Under the pieces are notes generated by a model. That model worked only from the letters and a program-made list of their open reading frames with translations. It did not search any database and was not told where the DNA came from. Shown here in pieces: positions 11,291 through 21,023 of a stretch of DNA of 64,000 nucleotides. Source of the stretch: an uncultured Acidobacteriota bacterium (GTDB lineage: Bacteria; Acidobacteriota; Vicinamibacteria; Vicinamibacterales; UBA2999); NCBI GenBank assembly GCA_963843885.1, contig CAWJMJ010000015.1, positions 127,822 through 191,821 on the forward strand, written 5' to 3'. Both the position numbers and the translations under genes were made by a program. Numbering within the stretch: the first letter of the stretch is position 1; the number at the start of each line of letters is the position of its first letter.

Positions 11291-11328
11291 GCGCGGGCGG
11301 GCTGGCTGGTGGTTCGGGGACCCCGTTC

Positions 11329-12117
11329 ATGAGCACCTACCGCATCGCTCTCGCCAACCTGCCCTTCCCCGCCACGCCCGACGAGTCGGTGGCCCTGGCC
11401 GTGGAGGCGATCGCGCACGCCGGCCGGGAGCAGGCCGGTGTCATCTGCTTTCCCGAGTGCTACGTGCCCGGCTACCGCGCACCGGGCCGAGCCGTGCCGC
11501 CGCCCGACCGGGCGTTCCTGACGCGCGCCTGGAAGGCGGTGGCGGCCGCCGCCGCCAGCGCCGACATCACGGTGGCGCTCGGCACCGAGCGCTTCGCCGC
11601 CGGCGGCATGCGCACGCCATGCTGGTCGTGAACCGCGACGGGACCATCGCCGGCGTGCAGGACAAGGTGCAGCTCGACCCGTCGGAAGAGCCGCGGTTAC
11701 TGGCCGGTGACGAGCGCCGCGTCTTCCAGGCCGGCCCGCTCACCTTCGGCTTCGCCATCTGCCACGAAGGCTGGCGTTACCCGGAAGCCGCGCGCTGGGC
11801 GGCGCGGCGGGGCGCGCAGGTGGTCTTCATCCGCATTTCCACGAAGCCGAGCCGGGCGGCTACCGGCCGGACGCGTTCGCGAGATCCGGCCAACAGCTTT
11901 CACGAGAAGGCCATCCTGTGCCGCGCCGCCGAGAACACCTGCTGGTTCGCGGCCGTCAACTTCGCCGGCGACGGCTCGCCGACGACGTCGGCCGTCGTCC
12001 GTCCCGACGGCACCGTCCACGCTATCAGCCCTACGGGCAGCCGGGGTGCTGCTGGCCGACATCGACCTCGGCCTGGCGACGGGCCTGCTCGCCTCGCGCT
12101 GCCGCGCCTATCCGTGA
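11329..12117 (+). pseudogene. Carbon-nitrogen hydrolase (nitrilase superfamily) with at least 4 frame changes
   Basis: Frame 1: MSTYRIALANLPFPATPDES...GVICFPECYVPGY. Frame 0: MLVVNRDGTIAGVQDKVQLDPSEE...FGFAICHEGWRYPE (catalytic Cys). Frame 2: HPHFHEAEPGGYRPDAF. Frame 0: DPANSFHEKAILCRAAENTCWFAAVNFAG. Frame 1: VLLADIDLGLATGLLASRCRAYP*. Shifts lie near 11615, 11828, 11880 and 12025. Confidence 0.8.
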
Positions 12118-12212
12118 CCGGCCACTGGCGCACGCGGCCACGCCGCGAGCGAGAGCGCGGCCGGCCTCGCGTCAACCACCCGCCGGACAGGCAGACATCC
12201 GGGCCGTACATG

Positions 12213-12243
12213 CGAAGGGCCGGTCCATGAGACCGGCCCTTCG
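12213..12243. terminator. 13-bp perfect hairpin between convergent nitrilase and PQQ-dehydrogenase genes
   Basis: CGAAGGGCCGGTC-catga-GACCGGCCCTTCG, with every pair checked by hand. No U tract. Confidence 0.55.
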
Positions 12244-12252
12244 TGACTGACA

Positions 12253-12267
12253 CGCGCCCGAGGCGCG
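12253..12267 (-). terminator. Small hairpin immediately after the PQQ-dehydrogenase stop
   Basis: CGCGCC-cga-GGCGCG, 5 nt downstream (minus sense) of stop 12272-12274. It is short and GC-only, so weak on its own. Confidence 0.3.
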
Positions 12268-12271
12268 GAAG

Positions 12272-14353
12272 CTACGGCAGCGCCAGCGTCTGGTAGCCGC
12301 CGGTCACCGGCATCACGATGTACTGCTTGCCGGCGTGCAGGTAGGTCATCAGGCCGTACTGGCCGAGCCGTGGGGTCGGGATGGCGCCCACGCGCTTGCC
12401 GGTCTTCTTGTCGATAGCGAACAGGTTGGGCTTGTTGTCGGCCGTCTGGCCGGCCGAGAACAGCAGCGTCGAGCTGGCGGCCACCGCCGCGGTGCCGCGC
12501 CGGCCCCAGTTGGTGTCGACCTCGACGCCCTTGAGCAGCGGGTTGTTCTTGAAGGCGTCCTGCTGCCCCTGCGCCATGTCGCCGTAAGGGATCATCCACA
12601 GGTGCTCGCCGGTGTTCATGTCGATGGCCGTGATGCGGCCGATCGGCCCCTTGAAGATGTCGGGGATACCCGCCAGCGGGTCGCTCGCCATCGGCGGATC
12701 GGGCCGGTTCGGCTCGTGGGTGCTGATCCACTGCGCCAGCGTCTTGCCGGTCATTTGCGGGGTGTCGCGTTCCGCCGCCGGCGCCAGGGTCGTCGGCGAG
12801 CAGCCGCTCATCGACGGGATGAAGATGACGCCGGTGGCCGGGTCGGCCGCGGGCGGGCCGGTGATGTTGGCGCCGCCGCCGCCGCCCGGGCAGATGTTGG
12901 CGGCCTTGCGTCCCTCGGCATTGCCGCGGTGCACCGGGGGCGCAAAGAGCGGGTCGAGCAGGTCGAGCTTCTTGGCGCGCTCCAGGGCCAGTTTCCTGAC
13001 CTCGGGCGTGTAGTCGATGAGGTGCGCCTCGGTGCGCCCCTGCAGGTCGTAGGGCGCCGGCTTGGTGACGAAGGGCTGCGTCGTCGACAGTTTTTCGCCG
13101 GGCACCTTGGACGCGGGCACGGGCCGGTCTTCCATCGGCCAGATCGGCTCGCCGGTCAGGCGGTTGTAGGAGTAGACCCACGACTGCTTGGTGATCTGGA
13201 ACAGCCCCGGGATGCGCCGGCCGCCGACGGTGACGTCGAGCAGGATGGGCGCGGTCGGGTTGTCGTAGTTCCAGATGTCGTGCTTGACCTGCTGCTGGTG
13301 CCAGACGCGCTTGCCGGTCTTCACGTCGAGCGCGATGATGCTCGTGCTGAACAGGTTGTCGCCCGGGCGGAAGCCGCCGAAGTAGTCGATGGTCGCGCCG
13401 TTGGTGGGCACGTAGACCAGCCCGCGGGCCGGGTCGGCTGACATCGGCGCCCACGACGAGACGTCGCCGGTCCACCGCCACGCGTCGTTCTCCCACGTCT
13501 CATGGCCGAACTCGCCCGGCCGCGGAATGACGTGGAACTTCCACAGGAACTTGCCGGTCTTCAGGTCGTAGCCGAGGATGTCGCCGGGCACGTTCTCGAT
13601 GCGGGTCTGGTTGTAGCCCTGCTCGGCCGAGTTGCCGACCACGAGCACGTCGTTGACGACAATCGGCGGCGACGAACTGGTGATGTAGCCCAGCTCGAGC
13701 GGCAGGCCCTTGGCCGCGTCGTACTTCTGCTCGGACTGCTTCCACGGGTTCCAGTCGGCGATGACGTCCTTCAGCAGGTCGATCGAGCCCGACTTGGGGA
13801 AGCCGGCGACCGGGACGTTCGTGCCCCACCCTTCGAGCGGCTTGCCGGTCTTGGCGTCGAGCGCGTGCAGGAAGAAGCCGGGCGTGACCACGATGACCGC
13901 GTCGCGGCCGTTGATCTTGGCAAACGCCACGCCCTTGCCGTGATTCGAGCGCATCGAATATTCGTGGCGCGGCGTGAGCGGTTCCTGGAAGGCCCAGATG
14001 GTCTTGCCGGTGGCCGGGTCGAGCGACACCACGGTGCGGCGCGGGCCCGACACGGTGATGAGCATCCCGTTCACGTAGATCGGCAGGCCGCGGCCGTTGA
14101 CCTCGCCCAGTTCCATGCCTGGCGGCAGGTCGGCCCCTTTCCACTCCCACGCCACCTTGAGCGAGCCGAAGTTGTCGGCGTTGATCTGGTCGAGCGGGGA
14201 ATAACGCGTGGACGCGTCACCGCCGGTGATGGTCGTCCAGTCGCTCTTCTGCTGCGCGTCGCCACTGAGGCTGGCGACGATCATGACCACCACGGCGGCG
14301 GCCGTACCGAGCAGTGCGTGCGGGATCCAGTTGCGGGCCTGAGCTGACGTCAT
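12272..14353 (-). CDS. PQQ-dependent (quinoprotein) dehydrogenase, membrane-anchored or secreted
   Basis: Intact ORF with ATG 14353 ([29 protein letters not shown] anchor). Eight-bladed propeller-type W-rich repeats are present (LKVAWEW, GKTIWAF, GKFLWKF, GKRVWHQ, GEPIWPM, GEHLWMI). GGGAG lies 11 nt upstream. Confidence 0.8.
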   Translation of the reverse strand: MTSAQARNWIPHALLGTAAAVVVMIVASLSGDAQQKSDWTTITGGDASTRYSPLDQINADNFGSLKVAWEWKGADLPPGMELGEVNGRGLPIYVNGMLITVSGPRRTVVSLDPATGKTIWAFQEPLTPRHEYSMRSNHGKGVAFAKINGRDAVIVVTPGFFLHALDAKTGKPLEGWGTNVPVAGFPKSGSIDLLKDVIADWNPWKQSEQKYDAAKGLPLELGYITSSSPPIVVNDVLVVGNSAEQGYNQTRIENVPGDILGYDLKTGKFLWKFHVIPRPGEFGHETWENDAWRWTGDVSSWAPMSADPARGLVYVPTNGATIDYFGGFRPGDNLFSTSIIALDVKTGKRVWHQQQVKHDIWNYDNPTAPILLDVTVGGRRIPGLFQITKQSWVYSYNRLTGEPIWPMEDRPVPASKVPGEKLSTTQPFVTKPAPYDLQGRTEAHLIDYTPEVRKLALERAKKLDLLDPLFAPPVHRGNAEGRKAANICPGGGGGANITGPPAADPATGVIFIPSMSGCSPTTLAPAAERDTPQMTGKTLAQWISTHEPNRPDPPMASDPLAGIPDIFKGPIGRITAIDMNTGEHLWMIPYGDMAQGQQDAFKNNPLLKGVEVDTNWGRRGTAAVAASSTLLFSAGQTADNKPNLFAIDKKTGKRVGAIPTPRLGQYGLMTYLHAGKQYIVMPVTGGYQTLALP

Positions 14354-14519
14354 GTGCACCTATGCTCCCTCGGAATCGGTGGGAGAACTATGGGAATAGC
14401 CGGCCAAGAATGCTGTGCCGGACGGCTCATTGTCAACAGCCGTCTCCGGCCGCCGCCCCGGCGGTTGCAGGCGGACGAGCGGTGGTGTACAAACGCGCAG
14501 GCCCGCAGTTCCTTCTCAG

Positions 14520-16121
14520 ATGTCCCCCGCTACCCGCTCGAAACGGGCACCCGCCGCCGGTCCGCCCGCGATTCCGCCGTCTGCGCCCGCCTCGACGGCG
14601 GCGCTAGCCGTGCCATGTGCGCTCACCGCGGGTTTGCTGGCCATGTCGCTGCTGCCCAGGGTGCACGGCAATCCCCGGCTGAGCGCCGCCTTCTGGGCTG
14701 CCGGCGCGGTGCTGCTCGTGTGGCAGGCGGTGCTGCTCCGGCGCGGCCAGGGCCGGCTGCCCGGCTTCGTCAGCGTGCCGCCGCGGCCGCAGCACTACAT
14801 CCAGATGTGCTGTCACTTGGCCGTCTACGCCTATTGGGGCTACTACTGGCCGCCCGTCTATCCCTATCTGCCCCTGCTCCTGGCCCAGGTGCTCTTCGCC
14901 TACGCCTTCGACATCCTGCTCTCGTGGTCGCGCCGCCGCCCGTTCGCCACCGGCTTCGGGCCCTTCCCGATCGTGTTGAGCACGAACCTGTTCCTGTGGT
15001 TTCGCGATGACTGGTTCGCCTTCCAGTTCCTCCTGATTGCCGTCGGCTTCCTGGGCAAGACCTTCATCCAGTGGGAGCGCGGCGGCCGCCGCGTGCACAT
15101 CTTCAATCCGTCCGCCTTCTCTCTGGCCCTGTTCTCGCTGCTGCTGATTGTCACCGGCACCACCTCGATCACCTGGGCCCAGGAAATCAACACCACCTTC
15201 GGGCTCGGGCCGCACATCTACAAGGTGCTGTTCCTGATCGGCCTGGTCGTCATGTATTTCTTCTCGACCACTTACGTGACCGCGTCGGCGGCGGTGACGC
15301 TCTTCGGGTTGAGCGCGCTCTATCACGCCCTCACCGGCGTCCCGTACTTCGTCGACAGCGAAATCCCGACGGCGGTGTTCCTGGGCCTGCACCTGCTCGT
15401 GACCGATCCGTCCACCTCGCCGCACACGCCGCTCGGCCGGGTCATCTTCGGCGTGGCCTACGGCGTCGGCGTGTTCGCCCTCTACGCCCTGCTCGGCGCC
15501 TTGGGCGTGCCGACCTTCTACGACAAGCTGCTGTGCGTGCCGCTCCTGAACCTGCTCGTGCCGTCGATCGACCGGCTGGTCGTGCGGCTCGGCGAGCGGC
15601 CGTGGATCGGCGCCCTCGGCCTGCGTCCGCCGCTCGGGCACCGGAACCTGGCCCACATGGCCGCCTGGATCGTCTTCTTCGCGGTCATGACCGCGGCCGG
15701 CCGCACCGACGGGATGCAGCCTGGCGACGCGCTGCCTTTCTGGGTCGAGGCCTGCGCCGCCGACCGTCCGCAGGCCTGCGAGCGGCTGCTGCGCATCGAG
15801 GGGTCGTACTGCACCGACAACGCCGGCTGGGCGTGTAATGAACTGGGCGTGCACTACGCGGCCGGCACCCTGGTGCCGGCCGATCCGGACCGCGCCCTCG
15901 CCTACTTCTCGCGCGCGTGCGAAGGGCGCTTCCAGGCCGGCTGCGTCAACCTGCTCGACCCGGCGGCGCCGACGCGCGCCAACCCGCGCGCCTTCGACCT
16001 GCGGCTGCTGGTGCGCGAGGGCGGCCTGAACCTGACCGACGCCTCCGAGACCGAGCTCTACGCGCGCGCCTGCCGCCACGGCTGGGAGTTCGCGTGTGCC
16101 AGGGCGTCGGCGTCGCGATGA
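14520..16121 (+). CDS. Polytopic RnfD/NqrB-fold membrane protein with C-terminal Cys-rich Sel1-like repeat domain
   Basis: ORF 14415..16121; the start is uncertain (ATG 14520 chosen). VHIFNPSAFSLALF, LHLLVTDPSTSPHTPLGRVIFGVAYGVG and LLNLLVPSIDRLV mirror the RnfD/NqrB FNPA, TDPxTxP...GRxIFG and VPLID blocks. The tail is YCTDNAGWACNELGVHYAAG...DPDRALAYFSRACEGRFQAGC. Confidence 0.65.
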   Translation: MSPATRSKRAPAAGPPAIPPSAPASTAALAVPCALTAGLLAMSLLPRVHGNPRLSAAFWAAGAVLLVWQAVLLRRGQGRLPGFVSVPPRPQHYIQMCCHLAVYAYWGYYWPPVYPYLPLLLAQVLFAYAFDILLSWSRRRPFATGFGPFPIVLSTNLFLWFRDDWFAFQFLLIAVGFLGKTFIQWERGGRRVHIFNPSAFSLALFSLLLIVTGTTSITWAQEINTTFGLGPHIYKVLFLIGLVVMYFFSTTYVTASAAVTLFGLSALYHALTGVPYFVDSEIPTAVFLGLHLLVTDPSTSPHTPLGRVIFGVAYGVGVFALYALLGALGVPTFYDKLLCVPLLNLLVPSIDRLVVRLGERPWIGALGLRPPLGHRNLAHMAAWIVFFAVMTAAGRTDGMQPGDALPFWVEACAADRPQACERLLRIEGSYCTDNAGWACNELGVHYAAGTLVPADPDRALAYFSRACEGRFQAGCVNLLDPAAPTRANPRAFDLRLLVREGGLNLTDASETELYARACRHGWEFACARASASR

Positions 16122-16948
16122 GGATGCGGGCGTGGCTGGGCGCCAGCCTGTTGGGCGCGCTGGCCACGGCGCTGGCCGCGCAGACCCCGCCCGGCGACCG
16201 GGCGCAGCCCGAGTTCGTGGCCATCCCGGCCGGTCCGGCGGTCATCGGCGCCGGGCCCGGCAGCGACCCGCAGGCGTTCCCCAACGAGCGATGGTCGGCC
16301 GCGCAGGACGCCGGGACCCTCGACCTGCCGCTCTTCTATCTCGGCCGCCACGAAGTCACGGTGGCGGCGTTCACCGCGTTCGTGAACGCCACCGGCTGGA
16401 AGGTCGACCGCCGCGCCCTCGAGGCCCCGGCCACGCACCCCGTCGCCTTCGTGTCGTGGCCCGATGCGCTGGCCTACTGTCGCTGGCTCGAAGCGTCGCT
16501 GAAGTCCACCGGCAGCGTGCCGCCCGAGATCGCCGAGAAGCTCCGCCAGGGCTGGCACGTGACGCTGCCGAGCGAAGTGCAGTGGGAGAAGGCGGCGCGG
16601 GGCGGCGACCGGCGCATCTATCCGTGGGGCGACCTGCCCCGCCCCGACCGCGCCAACTTCGCGAGCACGGCGGTCGGCCCGGTCGGCCGGTTCGCGTGTC
16701 CGGAGTGCGCCTTCGGGCTGGCCGACATGGCCGGCAACGTGTGGGAGTGGACGCGCAGTCCCTATCAGCCGTATCCCTACGACGAAAGCGACGACGGCAC
16801 CAACCTCGACGCCGATGCGCTGTGGGTGATGCGCGGCGGCGCCTTCAACGACCCGGCACGGCTGGTGCGCAGCGCCGCCCGCGGGGCGGCCGAGCCGGGC
16901 GCGCGCCGGGCGTTCATTGGCTTCCGTGTCGCGCTCGTGCCGCGCTGA
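16118..16948 (+). CDS. Secreted formylglycine-generating-enzyme (SUMF1/FGE) family protein
   Basis: ORF 15917..16948 trimmed to ATG 16118 (MRMRAWLGASLLGALATALAAQ signal), which overlaps the upstream stop (ATGA). Motifs: HPVAFVSWPDALAYCRWL, MAGNVWEWT, MRGGAFND, IGFRVA. Confidence 0.85.
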   Translation: MRMRAWLGASLLGALATALAAQTPPGDRAQPEFVAIPAGPAVIGAGPGSDPQAFPNERWSAAQDAGTLDLPLFYLGRHEVTVAAFTAFVNATGWKVDRRALEAPATHPVAFVSWPDALAYCRWLEASLKSTGSVPPEIAEKLRQGWHVTLPSEVQWEKAARGGDRRIYPWGDLPRPDRANFASTAVGPVGRFACPECAFGLADMAGNVWEWTRSPYQPYPYDESDDGTNLDADALWVMRGGAFNDPARLVRSAARGAAEPGARRAFIGFRVALVPR

Positions 16949-16951
16949 GGC

Positions 16952-17865
16952 TCAGCGGCCCGACCAGGCCGCGGCGATGCGGCCGGCCTCGGCCAGCGCC
17001 GCTTCGTCCTCGGGCCGCGTCCCGTGCGAGCGGCGGCTGCTGTCGAAATAGGCGGTGACGACCAGCGGGGCGCGGCCCGGCGGCCACGCCACCGCGACGT
17101 CGTTGACTTTGTCGGTCATCGCCGCGGTTTGCGCCGTGCCGGTCTTGTCGCCGGCGCGCCAGCCGGCCGGCAGGCCGGCCCGGATGCGCTTGGTTCCAGT
17201 GGTCGTCGCCACCATCCAGCCGGCGAGCCGCTCGCGGGCCGGCGCCGTCAGCACGTCACTGGTGAGCAACCGCCCGACCAGGCGAGCCATGGCCAGCGGT
17301 GTCGTGGTGTCGCGCGGATCGCCAGGAAGCACCAGGTTCAAGTCGGGCTCCAGCCGGTCGAGACGGGTGGTGCCGTCACCGAGCGCGCGGAGCGCCGCCG
17401 TGAAGGCCGCGGGGCCACCCAGACGCGTCAGGAGCAGATTGGCGGCGGTGTTGTCGCTGGTCGTCTGCGCCGCTTCGGCGAGCGCGGCCACGGTCATGCC
17501 GCCCTCGGCCACGTGCTGGGAGGTGACCGGGGCATACGACAGCAGGTCGGCCCGCGTGAACGCCAGCCGTTCGTCGAGACGCAGCCGGCCGGCGCCGGCC
17601 TCGCGGAGCACCACCGCCGCCAGCGGCAGCTTGAAGGTCGAGCACATGGCGAAGCGCTCGTCGAGCCGGTGCCCGGTCGAGCGGCCGGTGCCGGTATCGA
17701 GCATGGCCACGCCGAGCCGTCCGCCGGCGCGCGCTTCGAGCGCGGCCAGCGCCGCCGCCGGAGCCTGGCCCCGCGCCGCGGCCTCGGGGGCCTGCCCCCG
17801 CGCCGCCACCGGTGGCACGAGCAGCCCCGCCGTGACGGCGAGGATCTGCCGGCGCGTGAGGGACA

Positions 17866-17866
<1 letters not shown>
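16952..17866 (-). CDS. bla: Class A beta-lactamase with twin-arginine signal peptide
   Basis: ORF 16952..17998 trimmed to ATG 17866 ([16 protein letters not shown]). S-T-F-K (CSTFK), S-D-N (TSDNTAAN), the Glu of the omega loop (RLEPDLN) and K-T-G (DKTGT) are all present. The ATG overlaps the typA stop (TAATG). Confidence 0.85.
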
Positions 17867-19728
<1,862 letters not shown>

Positions 19729-19734
19729 ACATCC

Positions 19735-19740
19735 TCCCAG
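19735..19740 (-). promoter_or_regulatory. Candidate -10 box TATACT, 6 nt upstream of typA ATG
   Basis: Minus strand reads TGTATACT-gggagg-ATG. The GGGAGG abuts the ATG, which is too close to act as a Shine-Dalgarno. Confidence 0.4.
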
Positions 19741-19770
19741 TATACAGGCGGGCAGCCGGCCGCCACCCCG

Positions 19771-20955
19771 TCAGAAGATGGGATGGAGCGTCGTGAACAG
19801 GGTCAAGGCCAGCCCGTAGAGGAGGCCGTAGCCGGCGTAGACGACCGCGCGGCCGCTGTCGGTCGCGACGGCGGCCACCCGAATCTGGAACGGGAACAGC
19901 ACCGCGGAGTAGCGTCCCAGCCCTTCGAATTGCCCGGAACTGAGCGGCAGGGCCAGATTGGCGGCGATGAGCAGGGCGTAGCCGGCGCCCAGGCGATGCC
20001 ACAGCCAGGGCAGCGTGGCGACCATGATCAGGGGGAAGAGACCGTTGAGGAGGTCGTAGGGCGCGGCGTGCTCGCTGACCAGGTAGTCGTAGGGACGCGT
20101 CGCCAGGTTGGTCAGCAACGACACGAGCGGGTTCCCGGCCACGGTCGCGCCCGGATGGTAGCCCCAGCGCGTGATGGCGTGGTACCACTCGAATGGATCG
20201 CCGGCGATGCGCCAGTTGTAGACGGAGTAGGCGGCACAGCCCAGGCTCGTGGCCAGGCCCGCCAGCACCGCGCGGGAACGGCCTGCGGCGGTCGGCGCGG
20301 CCGCCACCCACGCCAGCCACATCAGCGCCGGCACGGCCATCACGCCGTTCACGCGGGTGGCGGTCATGAGCGCGCCGCAAGCTGCACCGAGCAGCCAGCG
20401 CCGTGTCCGCAGGCCGAAGATCGCCCCGGCCAGCGCGCACACGAACAGCGCCTCCGAATACACGACGCCAAAGAAGAACGCGAACGGGAAGACGCACGTG
20501 AGCAGAGCCGCGTGCCACGCCCGCTCCCGTTCCAGGTCGAGGCGGGCGGTGGCGTAGACCAGGCCGATGACGCCCATCGATGCCAGCCACGACACGACGA
20601 CGCCGCCGAAATAGACGTCGGCCTGCGTGCCGCCAAAGAGCCGGCCGACCAGCCCCATCAGCAGCGGGTAGGCCGGGAAGAACGCCAGGTTGTTGCGGCC
20701 CTCGGCCACCCACTGGTAGCCGCGCGAGGCGATGCCGTAATACCACCCCGAGTCGTTGCGGGCGAAGGTATCCCAGAAGAGGTGCGTGTCGGCCAGCACG
20801 GTGAACTGCTCGGGGCGCTCGAGCGGAAAGGTGGCATTGATGAAGAAAGCCACCAGCGCCGTAGCCACCCGCAGCGCGAGCGCCAACAGCATCAACTGCG
20901 TCACTGCGCGGGCGTCGTCATCCGTCCAGGCGGAGGCAGGCGGAGGGGCGGACAC
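19771..20955 (-). CDS. Polytopic membrane glycosyltransferase-like protein (PIG-V/DUF2029-type mannosyltransferase family)
   Basis: This is the C-terminal 394 aa of ORF 19771..21774; the upstream part is Arg/Ala-rich junk. About 10 hydrophobic helices, plus NLAFFPAYPLLMGLVGRLFG and FPFAFFFGVVYSEALF. Start is GTG 20955, supported by the -10 box; ATG MLLALAL is the alternative. Confidence 0.6.
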   Translation of the reverse strand: MSAPPPASAWTDDDARAVTQLMLLALALRVATALVAFFINATFPLERPEQFTVLADTHLFWDTFARNDSGWYYGIASRGYQWVAEGRNNLAFFPAYPLLMGLVGRLFGGTQADVYFGGVVVSWLASMGVIGLVYATARLDLERERAWHAALLTCVFPFAFFFGVVYSEALFVCALAGAIFGLRTRRWLLGAACGALMTATRVNGVMAVPALMWLAWVAAAPTAAGRSRAVLAGLATSLGCAAYSVYNWRIAGDPFEWYHAITRWGYHPGATVAGNPLVSLLTNLATRPYDYLVSEHAAPYDLLNGLFPLIMVATLPWLWHRLGAGYALLIAANLALPLSSGQFEGLGRYSAVLFPFQIRVAAVATDSGRAVVYAGYGLLYGLALTLFTTLHPIF

Positions 20956-20962
20956 GGAAAAG

Positions 20963-20968
20963 ATTTTA
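20963..20968 (-). promoter_or_regulatory. Candidate -10 box TAAAAT, 7 nt upstream of GTG 20955
   Basis: Minus strand reads TAAAAT-cttttcc-GTG, an isolated AT patch in GC-rich DNA. Confidence 0.3.
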
Positions 20969-21023
20969 TCCGCTCGCGGCGCGACGGCAACGGGGCGGCG
21001 TGGGCGCGCGCACCGGCGAGCGT

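Noticed and set aside
19729-19734. GGGAGG read as the typA Shine-Dalgarno
   Set aside because: It directly abuts the ATG with zero spacing. It is better read as the 6-nt spacer between the TATACT box and a leaderless start.
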